Origin: Octopus sinensis
Taxonomy: Eukaryota
Reading direction: 5' to 3'
Assembly (NCBI RefSeq): GCF_006345805.1
Contig: NC_043004.1
Location: 26,474,001 to 26,538,000 of the forward strand
DNA: 64,000 nt
The notes beneath the pieces were generated by a model. It made no database searches. It saw nothing but the letters and a program-made list of their open reading frames with translations, and was not told the origin of the DNA. The position numbers and the translations under genes are program-made. Shown here piece by piece: positions 51,193 to 62,299 of the stretch. Numbering within the stretch: the first letter of the stretch is position 1; the number at the start of each line of letters is the position of its first letter.

Positions 51193-51497
51193 TAAGCACG
51201 TCTATTTGATTGCATTTTAATTATCATACATTATCTGAATAAAACCCCCAAGAAACTTGTAAAATAATAATTATGATGTACAAAATCGAAAGAAATGCAC
51301 ACCGTAGTATAAAACAAATGCTATAAAAACACACAAGTTACCATAGCTTGTTACTTGCTTACCAGCTGGGAGTTTCTACAACCGCTCCACTTAACTGTTA
51401 CGTTGCGACTGACCGTTGATCCATTATCATGCTCTTGACTCAGTGTTACCAACTCGAGATAAATTTTATTAATCAAAATCGTGAGAATTTGTATATA

Positions 51498-52443
51498 TCA
51501 GGTCATCCCATAAGTTCTGTCCGAGTTTTGAATAAAGAAAACAAGTGATCAAACGTTATATTTAATTGAAATTGAATCCTCAATGTACTTTCCCTGATTA
51601 TCTATGATTTCCTTCCATCTATTTACAAGCTTTTTAATCTCATCAATGTAAAACTCTTTTGGTTTCAAAGCGAAGAACTCTAAAATATCACTTTCGACCT
51701 CCTCCTGGCTTTCGAAAGTTATGCCCCCCCCCCCCCAAATGATTCTGTAAACTACGAAACAAATGGTAGTCTGAAGGAGCAAGGTCGGGAGAATATGGTG
51801 GATGAGGAATTTTTCCCAACCAAGCTCTTCGATCTTCTGTGATGTGATCTTTGCAGTGTGGGGTCGCACACTGTCCTGATGAAACATCACTCCTTTTCGA
51901 TTCACTTTAAAAGCGGGTCTTTTTTTCTTCAAAGCTTCATTCAAACGCTCTAATTGTTGACAGTAGACTTGAGCATTGATTGTTGCATTAGGTGGTAACA
52001 ATTCAAAGTGAATTACTCCTTTGCAATCCCACCAGATAGAGAGAAGAACCTTTTTCCCATGAAGTTCCCTTCTCGGATTGAGTTCCCTTGTGATTGAACT
52101 TTTTCCTTTTTATCAAGCCACTGTTTACGACATTTAACATTTCGATAAAAGGTCCATTTTTTTCATTGAAGCATTCTTTCCCATAAACTGAGTGTATGTT
52201 TCGAGTCGCTTTGGCTGCAGAGTTTCGTTTTTTGTACTCATAAAGCATTATGTGCCTTAAATAGAAAGGGTTTTAATCAAAGAAATTTTAATTCTATTAT
52301 TCTGTAAAATAATATTTAATTAGTTTAAATGTACACAAAGGCATAAAAATAATTTTTAATTCCATTAGACATTCTCAAATACTATTAAATTTCATTCAAT
52401 TTTAAAAAAGGTAAAATCCGACATAGCTTATGGGAAAACCTGA
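51498..52443 (-). mobile_element. Internally deleted mariner nested in the Chapaev3 element
   Basis: TIRs tcaggtcatcccataagttctgtccgag / aatccgacatagcttatgggaaaacctga with TA on both sides; MLYEYKKRNSAAKATRNI, INAQVYCQQLERL, VMFHQDSVRPH. Confidence 0.9.
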
Positions 52444-52881
52444 TAGTCGGCAAACAGACAGTGCTTTAACTTTGAAAAGCAAGTTTTATATTATTGGCAT
52501 TAAGCCAATTAAAACCAAAATCTGGACGTGGTAGGAAATTTTACTAAGCGATTTACATTTTACACAAAATCTAGACGTGATAAAGAAAAAAAAATTAATT
52601 TTAGGTTTGAAATCATCATGCCGAAATTAGCTAGGAAAACCTATTTGGTCTTCTGCTACAAAATCTTTGTTGCCTAGTGTTATTCGCATTCGTACATCCT
52701 TTAACATATTCCTAAAAAATCTAGCACGATGAACTTCGGTATTAAAAGTCAGCTCAATATCGATTAGTTATGTATGTATGTATGTATGTATGTATGTATG
52801 TATGTATGTATGTATGTATGTATGTATGTATGTATGTATGTATGTATGTATGTATGTATGTATGTATGTATGTATGAATGT

Positions 52882-52920
<39 letters not shown>

Positions 52921-53355
52921 ACCACGTGTGTACCGTTGGCGATTTGTTTCCTCCGGCTTCCCTTTGGATTTTTCCTTTTCCTATGTTTCTGACGAAGAGC
53001 TCCGATCGAAGCGTTAAACCCTCCTTCTTTCCTTCCTTTCCTGAACGTCCAATAGCACTATACTTGTTCCACGTCCTCGCGTTGTTGTGTTTTCTCTTTG
53101 TGTTTTCATGTTTGGATTAACTATATATATATATATACAATATTTTGTACTGTTACATAAAAATCAATTATTTTGATTTCGAGGCAATATTTCCTTGCCA
53201 TTTCCTCATTAATTTAACAAATAGCTAACAGAGTCTTTAAATCCATTAGAAAATTAACTTTAAGAAATCAGTTAAATTTCTTCAAATTTAGTGTAAGCTT
53301 TTTAGAAGAAGATGAAATTAAAATTTCGTTTTTGGATTTGGTTTGCAAGATTCTT

Positions 53356-54398
53356 GGATCTTTTCTTTTTGATGGACGGAATTTTCTAGTTAACTAAACA
53401 ATTTGAAACTTCGTATACTGGTAGAATGTGTTAAAAGAAAACATCATTTTAAACAAAATAGAAAACAAAATTGTAATTCGTAACTTTAACGTAGTTTAAT
53501 TCTACGAATTTTAACCAATGAAATCGCAGCATTCGAGCTCAAACCATTTGCTGCGTCTAAAAACTCACACACACACGTCTTATTCATCCCTTCTCTCTTC
53601 TGTCTTCTACATGTGCTAGAAATAACAGCTATATCCCTTAAATCGATGAATTTCATCGCCCAATAAGAATATTAACGATATATTTTGAATATTTTCTTTA
53701 TTTTTTTTACCGAAAAGGCTTCTCCCATGGTTTTGAAGGGCCAGAAACAACAAAAGCAAAACAATAATATGCCTAAAGCGGTCTAAAAAATTGTGAAATA
53801 TTTTTTCATAAAAGGATGCCCCAGCTTGTCGGAGGCTGTGATATAAATTGGGAAAAAAATCCTCGACACTAGTGCGTAATTGGTACTTAATTTATCGACC
53901 CCGAAACGATGAAACATTGAACCCCCCTTCTGGTTTATTTACCTTTTGTGTAAATTTGTTGCGGCAAGGGGCAACTCACGAACGTGTATGTATGCTTGTG
54001 TGCATATGTGTGTGTATGTATATCTCCGTTTGGATGTGTGTACGCTTATATATTAATTACTATGTGCTTGTGCAAATGTATATGCATGTGTTTGAGAGAG
54101 AGAGAGTGACAGAGTGTGTGTGTGTGTGCGGCATGCGTCTGCTATGTTTCTTTATCAATATCGATAACGCAGCAAATGATTTGAGCTCAAATGCTCGGAT
54201 TTCATTGGTTAAAATTCGAAGATGCTGGGATTTCATTGGTTAAAATTCGAAGAATTAAACTACGTTAAAGTTACGAATTACAATTTTGTTTTCAATTTTG
54301 TTTACAATAATGTTTTCTTTTGACACATTCTACCAGTATACGAAGTTTCAAATTTTTTAGTTAACTAGAAAATTCCGTCCATCAAAAAGAAAAGATCC
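53356..54398. mobile_element. Non-autonomous Merlin-like element with ~180-nt TIRs and 8-bp TSD
   Basis: TSD AGATTCTT at 53348-53355 and 54399-54406; GG..CC termini; long TIR ggatcttttctttttgatggacggaattttctagttaactaaa...gaattttaaccaatgaaatc. Confidence 0.85.
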
Positions 54399-54584
54399 AG
54401 ATTCTTTATATGAGTTCGTGTATTGAAGCATATTCTGTTGTATCTGGAGAAAGTAATTTTTTTTGTGCCTTATAATTTAACACACTCACCGGTAAAATTT
54501 CCACTTATTTCTTATTTTTATTTTCCTAAAATTTTCGTTGCGTCTTGCAACCTTTTCAATAGTCTTGACCCTGTCCGTTATTTA

Positions 54585-55400
54585 CACTGCGTTCCCTTTT
54601 GTTTGTTTGTGCGCATGTGTGTTGGTCAGTGGGTGTGTGCCTATGCATTCATGCATGTACACACGCATGTATGTATGTATGTATGTATGTATGTATGTAT
54701 GTATGTATGTATGTATGTGTGTATGTATGTATGTATGTATGTATGAATGTATGTATGTATGCATGTGTGTGTATGTATATATATGTGTGTCTATGCATAT
54801 GTATATATGTATGTCTGTGTGTGCATCTGTATGTATGTATTTTGCATATTCATGTGCTTGCCTGTCCGTGTTTGTGTATTTTCTATGTATGTGTGTGTGT
54901 GAGCGTGTGTTTGTATATGTATGCACCTCTGTCTCCTTGTGTGTGCATGTCTGTGTGTGTGTGTGTTTTGCAACTATGTACCATGTTTGTATGTATGGAT
55001 GTGCATCTCTATATGTGTGGACACGTGTCTCCATATGTGTCCTTGTGTAGAGTAAAGTGTGTGTGTATATATGGTCATGTGTTTCAGTCTCCATTGGCGT
55101 ATCTGTGCTTGTCTGTTCTTATAACCAATGTACCTGTCCGTCTGTATGTTGATCTGTTTATTTTCATATCCATATGCTTACATACAAAAAACAAACATGT
55201 GCATACACACGCACTCACACCCACACACCCACCCACACACCCACCCACACACCCACCCACACACACACATGCATACATCTATCTACATAACAATCCACTA
55301 ACTATTCTACTCTACCTGTGTAAACCATGAGTATGGAGGTATGATATCTACAACGTATATTTCCTATTTAGTATTGGGGGAGTTTCATTTATAAGGACGT
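54585..55400 (-). repeat. Inverted copy of the 11770-12392 repeat
   Basis: Shares the blocks listed for 11770-12392, reverse-complemented. Confidence 0.75.
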
Positions 55401-55770
55401 ACTCCCGTATTTGTCTGACCCAACACTCAGACACGTATTTGTCTGACCCAACACACACACACACGCGCGCACAAACTTACACGTATGCTACGTATGTTTG
55501 TATCTCTCTTTCTTTCACTCTCTCTCTCACTCTCTGCCTCTCTCTCACTCTCACTCACTCACTCACTCTCTTCTCTCTCTACGTATGTATGTATGTATGT
55601 ATGTACGTATGTATGTATGTGTGCATATGTATATGTGTGTGTGTGTGTACGTGTATGTGTGTGTGTATACGCACGCACATGCACATACATGCATAAATGA
55701 ATGTGTGCGTGCGTATGCTTGTGTAAGTATGTTTTACAAAATACAATTGATACAAAGGGAGTACAAGAAA

Positions 55771-55802
<32 letters not shown>

Positions 55803-56249
55803 ACAACAATACTCTCATAATATGAAAAACAACAAAATTGTGTACGTCTTTCATTTTATTAGCAGCTTTTGTCAAATATTCTTTTGATGTAATAGTCGCC
55901 ATTTTGAAAGCTTCTTATTTTGTCATAGTGACTGATGTGAAGTATAAAAACATTTTCCATAAAATTCGGGCAGGTGAGCCGCAGAATGGTAAAAAAAAAA
56001 TTTTTAAATACGGTCTGTAAAAAAAATTGAAAGAAGTTAAAAAAATTTTGAAATACAAAATGTATTCAATAAAACTAGAATCAAAAACAATAGTTAACTA
56101 ACCAAAAGATAGATCTACATCGGTGTGTGTGTGTATGCGCGCGCTTGTTTTGTGTGCTTGTGTGTTGGTGTCTGTGTGTGTGTATATATGTATATGAATG
56201 GACTATAGCACACAACACATACACGCACGCACATATGTATATATGTATA

Positions 56250-56332
<83 letters not shown>

Positions 56333-56516
56333 GTAAATAAATGGTACAACGAGGCACCGATATTTACTGGAAAATAGCAATCGTAATAAATACGACGCTA
56401 TAGTATAGCTTCACTGCGTATATACTAGCAAAGACGCGTGTGTGCAACAAACATGAAAAAAATTTGTCTTACCTCTAGGAAGAACATCTGAAAAATGTAA
56501 AACCTAGAATCGGATA

Positions 56517-56587
56517 ATGCGGTACCGGTTTCAGACTCTTCAAATACGTTTGACAACGTAGATTTGATTTGTCTTCATCAGCAGCAT
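56517..56587 (-). ncRNA. Type-I hammerhead ribozyme-like motif (palindromic stem III)
   Basis: Minus strand: atgctg CTGATGA agac[aaatcaaatctacgttgtcaaacgtatttgaaga]gtct GAAA ccgg TA ccgcat. Intact core, 4-bp stem II plus extension, ACCGGT palindrome, GUA triplet, stem I 5/6 bp. Confidence 0.65.
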
Positions 56588-57549
56588 ATACCTGGACAAA
56601 ATTTCATATGTTGCCACATATGGAGTGAGTACATAAATGTGAAACAAAGTGGGAAAAAGAGTACTCAAATACCAGATGTAGAGTAATATGCTTTATTTAA
56701 AAGCGGCAGAAATATAACAAAAACTGTTACTCAGTGTTTCAGCTCCCGTTCGTCGGACAGTTTTGTTAAAATAGAACAGAAATAACGATATGATCAAAAC
56801 TAGTTAAAAGATACACCTTTAAAAATGGATTTATACGTATACACACACATACATATTTATATATATAGGTAGTGTTTATGGCACTTTAACGTGGGTGTTC
56901 TCTAAGAGATGACGATATTGCCGTTTTAACCTTAGGAAGACATCTCCTCCAGTTGGTTTATTCAGTGCACTTTCGCACTCGATATTGCAAGCGGGAGAGA
57001 ACTCCTGCCTCCCTAGCTTCAAGACCACCAGACAACGTGATTTCAATCCTTTTTGGATCTCTTCGGTGGTGGGCACTCTTTTGCGGGCATGGCTGTAGTC
57101 TAACCTCACTGACTTTGCATCCTCGAGAAACACGAATTCGATTTTCCAAAGCTGCATTCCAAAGAAAAGGTCGTCCATAAATTTTTTTAAAATGTTATGA
57201 GAAATAACATAACTTTTAGATCGTCAACTCTCCCAATCTCTATCTTTCACGACTATTAAAAAAAAAAAAATTTTTTAAGTTTCAGCTGTTTGATTAAATA
57301 TTTTTCTTTCCTTTTTTTCTGTCGTCTTCCTTTTTCTGTTTTTTTTTTCTTTCTTTTCGCCTGTTAAAGACTTAAAAACTGATGATGTCATTCCATCAAC
57401 GTGTGCACGCTACTTGCTCTCGTTCGTACTTTACGTTTGAATTTCTGAATTTTTATCACTTCTTATTTTGAACTTGACAAAGACAGACATACTGTTGAAA
57501 TATCGTTCAATAAAATATCTTACAATCGAATCGCACTCTTCGTCTTGAC

Positions 57550-57596
<47 letters not shown>

Positions 57597-57610
57597 TTAA
57601 TAATAATACA

Positions 57611-57906
57611 CAATCCTATCAAATATTACCAAAAATGAAGTAGATTGACAAGTTTAGTTTTTGAACCTGTGGAAGGCACTTGATAACAATGCCACTTTTT
57701 TTTTACTTCTGTATACCTTCTGTAGGAGTTACCTCAATCCTATCAAATATTACCAAAAATGAAGTCGACCGATAAGTTTATTTTTTGAACCTGCGGAAGG
57801 CACACTAGATACCGAAATAGCGTTCATTTGATAACAATGGTACTCTTCTATTTTTTGCTTCTGTATACCTTCTGTAGGAGTTACCTCAATCCTATTAAAT
57901 ATTACT
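57611..57906. repeat. Two-unit tandem repeat (~125-155 nt)
   Basis: caatcctatcaaatattaccaaaaatgaagt...cttctgtataccttctgtaggagttacct is repeated. Confidence 0.75.
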
Positions 57907-57979
57907 ACTACTACTAACAGCAACAACAACAACAGCAACAACAACAACAACAACAATAGTAATAATAATAATAATAATA

Positions 57980-58240
57980 AAAGAAATGGAAAAACTTTCA
58001 AAATTCAAAGGCTGGAAATAGAGGTAACCCGAATGTAGAGTCTAAAAAGAGAAACAATTCCTATCATAGTGGGCGCATCAGGCATGATAAAAAAATATTC
58101 AGACAAATGCATAACAAAAACACCAGGACTAACAAATATATATAGCATACAGAAAATAGCACTACTGGGCACGCACACATCCTACGAAAAACACTTTCAG
58201 TACAGTAAACTATAAGAGCATCACCGCAAATCACAATAAT
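57980..58240 (+). mobile_element. 5'-truncated R4/Dong-like RLE LINE C-terminus at (TAA)n
   Basis: EKLSKFK.LEIEVTRM..TIPIIVGASGMI..IQKIALLG.AHILRKTL* directly after a (TAA)n run. Confidence 0.75.
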
Positions 58241-58619
58241 AATTACAACGAAAGCATAAAAATGACCTTATGAAAAAATGTTTATAAAACTTTGTGCAAA
58301 ATATATAACAAAAAAATGTAAATCAGGAAAGCGAAGTATTGTGAAACCACAATAAAACTGTGCGTAATTGGATTTCTTTGCATAAAATATAAAACATAAG
58401 ATACTGAAAAACAGAAAATATATGAAAAGTAGATGTCGATGCAACAATCTATAGAATCTTCTCACATTGAATTCCTTTTCTGTATCATTAATTATGGTTC
58501 TTGTCTTCTGTCTCTTTCAATGTATGCTTGCACATCATATAATCTCATGTATGTTTCGAATAATTCTACCAAAAATGCCTTCATCGCATTTTAAACATTA
58601 ATTCGAGTTCTTTTACTCC

Positions 58620-59345
58620 AAACATAGTTCGTCTGCAGGCATCACTTCAATTAAAGCAATGATTCTGAAATATCAAATGAGATGGCGTGGTCGTATTGTT
58701 CGAATGGCGTATGAACGCACGCCCAAATAGCTGTTTTATGGTGAGCTTGCAGAGGGGAAACGCTATCGGTGTAAACCTAAAAAAAGAGGCTTAAGGACAG
58801 CATAAAGACTACCACGAAGTTACTTGGAATGGATCCAGATGACATAGAAACCCTTGCTTCCGATCGAGCTGGATGGCGAACAAAGGTGTGGAGTGGAGTG
58901 AAAGCGTTTGAAGAGGCCAGGATAACGCGTGCAAGACTCAAGAGAGATTTAAAGAAAAATCTTACGATCGAGAAGGTGAATCACTATGACCTTTTTGTGT
59001 GCACAGTTTGTGACAGACAATGTCTTTCTTTTGCTAGACTCAAATCTCATTTGCAGACCCATGGAAAACGAACCTCCACCAACTATTCTGAATATATGTC
59101 TGTGCACACCTTTCATGTATGCCATAAGGTCCCCAAATCTAACGGAGGCCTCAAAAGACATTTTAAGATACTCAAAGATCAGAACTTAACTGCAGCTCTT
59201 GGTGGTCCAAATCGAACTTGCAATCTATGTGGGTGTCTTTTCAAAACATTGTCTGGTTTAAAAAGCCATCAGACGCCATCATGGTTCTAAGGTGTGGGTA
59301 CAGGAGGTGGTCAATCTCTGCAGAAGGAGTAGATAACCACCATAT
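58620..59345 (+). mobile_element. RTE-like LINE 3' end with three C2H2-like zinc fingers
   Basis: MRWRGRIVRMAYERTPK*LFYGEL..GKR, IETLASDRAGWR, then CTVC..LKSHLQTH, FHVCH..LKRHFKIL and CNLC..LKSHQ. Confidence 0.75.
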
Positions 59346-59875
59346 ATATACATGTGTATGTGTGTGCGTGTGTGTGTGTGTGCGCACACACACATACACA
59401 CACAGACACACGCACACAGACACACACACAGACACACACACTAGTTTGCACACTTATATTTAGCACATTCGTGTACACAAAATGGTATTTACTTTATCGA
59501 CCCAAAAAAGTGAAAGGTAAAGTCGAGCCCAGGCGGCCTTTGAACTCAGAACGTAAAGTCGGAAGAAATTTCGTTAACCACTTTGTCTGTCGCGATAACG
59601 ATTCTGCCTCTTCATCGCCTTATTAAATATGAATATTGAAATAGAGTTTTATTAACATATAAGTGTGTCTTTATCCTAAACATTCTTGTCACATTTTTAA
59701 TTAATTCACATGCGTAACTTTGTGGTAGTATTTAATGTTATGATAACCGGCTACATCGGATGTAGCGACATGACTTGAGGATTGGTGAGTAAGTTTCCTT
59801 AGGAAGTAAACTGTTTCCTTAAGTGGTCAGCCACACGAAAACTGACCCAAGGCTCTTCAACTCAGAGAAGGAAAA

Positions 59876-60026
59876 AGGCGTGGCAGTGTGGTAAGAAGTT
59901 TGCTTCCCAGGCACATGGCTCCGGGTTTAGTCCCACTGCGTTGCACCTTTGGCAAGTGTCTTCTATCATTGCCTCGAACCGGCTAAAGTCTTGTAAGTGA
60001 ATTTGGGAAACGGAAACTGAAAGAAA
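59876..60026 (+). mobile_element. Diverged 5' part of SINE family A followed by (TAC)n
   Basis: ggcgtggcagtgtggtaagaag..gtcccactgcg..ggcaagtgtcttcta..cggaaactgaaagaa. Confidence 0.7.
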
Positions 60027-60038
60027 CTACTACTACTA

Positions 60039-60117
<79 letters not shown>

Positions 60118-60579
60118 GCTGCTGCTGCTGTTGCTAGTAGTAGTAGTATATATACAAAGAAAGTACTCTATCCGGTTAGAAATGAATATGATTTAATGTG
60201 CACTGTATCAAAATAAGAGCTACTAATAGTTTCTTGCCATTAAGGTACATGGTTAAGCAGGTTTTTATATCGTGTCTTGTGTCTACAAGCAGTCTCTTGC
60301 TCTGAGCACATGGTTTGTTCTATTTGAAAATCTAGACACTGGTAGACGAGAAAACAAAGTGAGATGAGAAGACAAAGGGTGAGTAAAAGTGAGAAAAGAA
60401 AAGAAAGGGAAGGAAAATATTAGAGTTACGCTTTCTTTGACCGTTGTTGTAGATTTATTTATTGAACGGAGAGGGGTAATTAGGCCACAAAATCACTGTT
60501 TACCACTTATCTCTCTAAAGTCTACATTTTAGATGTTTCATAGACCTAAACTCCCGTTCTTATAGGCCCTCCCCTAATT

Positions 60580-60775
60580 CTAAAAATAGACCATGGAAAA
60601 TAATATGGGTCGCATATCCCTTTCTCCCCAAATGTTAAAGCTAACGCAGGCAACAAGTTCCTGTCTTTTTTTTGTTTTTTAGATAGGCATTTCCCAGTAA
60701 ATCATAAATATTTTTAACAGGCACTCGATAAATATATACAGATTCTGCCCCAAATACGAAGAACATTATCACTCG
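60580..60775 (+). mobile_element. Penelope-like fragment
   Basis: Reads across frameshifts as KIIW..PFSPNVKANAGNKFL..LDRHFPVNHKY, homologous to 31440-31920. Confidence 0.6.
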
Positions 60776-60799
60776 TAAGCACTGTCAAGAGTACACTCC

Positions 60800-61250
60800 C
60801 AGTTCTGGTTTTGAGAAGCCTAACTTTTCAAGATTGGTATTTAGGCAGCATGTTGCATATCCCAGCGCTCCAACGATTGCAGGTATAAACCTGAACTTGT
60901 AATCTGGATAGAGTAACTGCAGTTTCTCAATAGTTCAACGTAAATATTTCCTTTTTCACTGATCTTCAGCTTTATGTTAACATCTGATGGGCAGCTGATT
61001 TCCACAACTGCACACAATTTCTCTTCTCTATCCCAAATCATTATATCAGGTCTCTTATATTTACATTTTATTGAGGTTTTGACTGGAACATTCCACCAGT
61101 ACTCTCTTTTATTATGAGTGGCTATGACTTCCACCATACTGTGGGCTCTTATTTCTTTGTCTCTGGGGTTAACCTTTCGACAGATCTCGTTATACAGTGC
61201 TCTAGCTACAACATCATGTCTCATCAGCAGATAATACCATGATGACATTA
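60800..61250 (-). mobile_element. RLE-type (R4/R2-group) non-LTR retrotransposon C-terminal fragment, copy 1
   Basis: YLLMRHDVVARALY (RHD motif), KRPDIMIWDREEKLCAVVEISCP (PD..D/E restriction-like endonuclease). Confidence 0.85.
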
Positions 61251-61455
61251 TTTGGTTTTATTTCAAGATTTCTTGCCAATAAAGAAAGGGCCGGTTTCTA
61301 ACCTACTTCCAAGGCTCCTTCATTGGAATTTCAACATCAACAACAGGATATTTTTGTTTGTATGCATTATGTTGTATGTATGTATGTATGTATGTAGTAT
61401 GTATGTATGTATGTATGTATGTATGTATGTATGTATGTATGTATGTATGTATGTA

Positions 61456-61851
61456 TGTGTTTATGTATTTATGTATGCAAGCATATGGGTAGAATTGTAT
61501 GTTTTGTTTTATGTAAGCATTCTCATGCATATAGTTGCATATCTAGACATGCTCATATTTAAATGTTGAATTTCTGGATAGTTTTACAGACTTTTACAGT
61601 TCCAGTGATGGATTGGATCTGTAGTCTTCGAATTAGTTTTCTCCTTTCTGGTTTTGAGAAGCCTAGTTTCTCAAGGTTAATATTTAGGCAGTGTGTTACA
61701 TATCCCAGGGCCCCAATAATTACAGGTATAAACCTGAACTTGTAATCTGGATAGAGTAACTGCAGATTTCTCAATAGTTCAGCATAGGTATTCTCTTTTT
61801 CACTAACCTATCCGCTGGGCAGCTAATTTCCACAACTGTACACAGTTTCTC
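61456..61851 (-). mobile_element. RLE-type LINE 3' end, copy 2, embedded in (TATG)n
   Basis: LRNLQLLYPDYKFRFIPVIIGALG..QSITGTVKVCK* plus 3' UTR; the DNA matches copy 1; (TATG)n on both sides. Confidence 0.8.
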
Positions 61852-62299
61852 TGTATGTATGTATGTATGTATGTATGTATGTATGTATGTATGTATGTAT
61901 GTATGTATGTATGTATGTATGTATGTATGTATGCATTTATGTATATGTGTTTATATATACACACATGTATATGTATTCGGTAATTTTTCTTATTAACAAT
62001 TTTTGTGTGCGGAGAGAGGGAAGAGGGGAAAAGAGTGACATGGTGATTAGGCTTGGATGAATTGCAATTTAATTTGACGCTTGTGTGCTTTGAACTAAGA
62101 ACGTAGATTTAACTCTCCTGCCTTCCACCACTTTGACATACATTTAAGATTGTAACAGGAACAGCGGTTCTTCTGAAAAAAAAAATGAATATCTTACAAG
62201 TCATTCAGTCACTGATAAAAAAAGCATTCACAAAAATCATTTAAGAAGCAACGCAACAAGGTATCCTGAGAGCAAACCAAGATCAATATTGGAATCAAT

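Larger units (their letters stand above)
48016..52679 (-). mobile_element. Chapaev3-like (CMC) DNA transposon; disrupted transposase 49064-51215 with nested insertions
   Basis: TTA flanks at 48013-48015 and 52680-52682; termini ccagaggcaacaaa and cactaggcaacaaa (11/14 match). Transposase pieces include the Chapa-type Zn finger NHPDNFCYICG..YK.Y..CKFGEQERDWAP, LPKEKAELL, SLKDVLLHNGN, ICGNLKLVSLLLGLQ, LIKLGL.K.FVK and AVSDKHGERFHQ..ENRYQG..DYCW. Confidence 0.75.

Noticed and set aside
11770-55400. Giant ~43-kb TIR element bounded by the inverted repeats at 11770-12392 and 54585-55400
   Set aside because: The copies are substantially diverged with no TSD; more simply two independent insertions of a common repeat.
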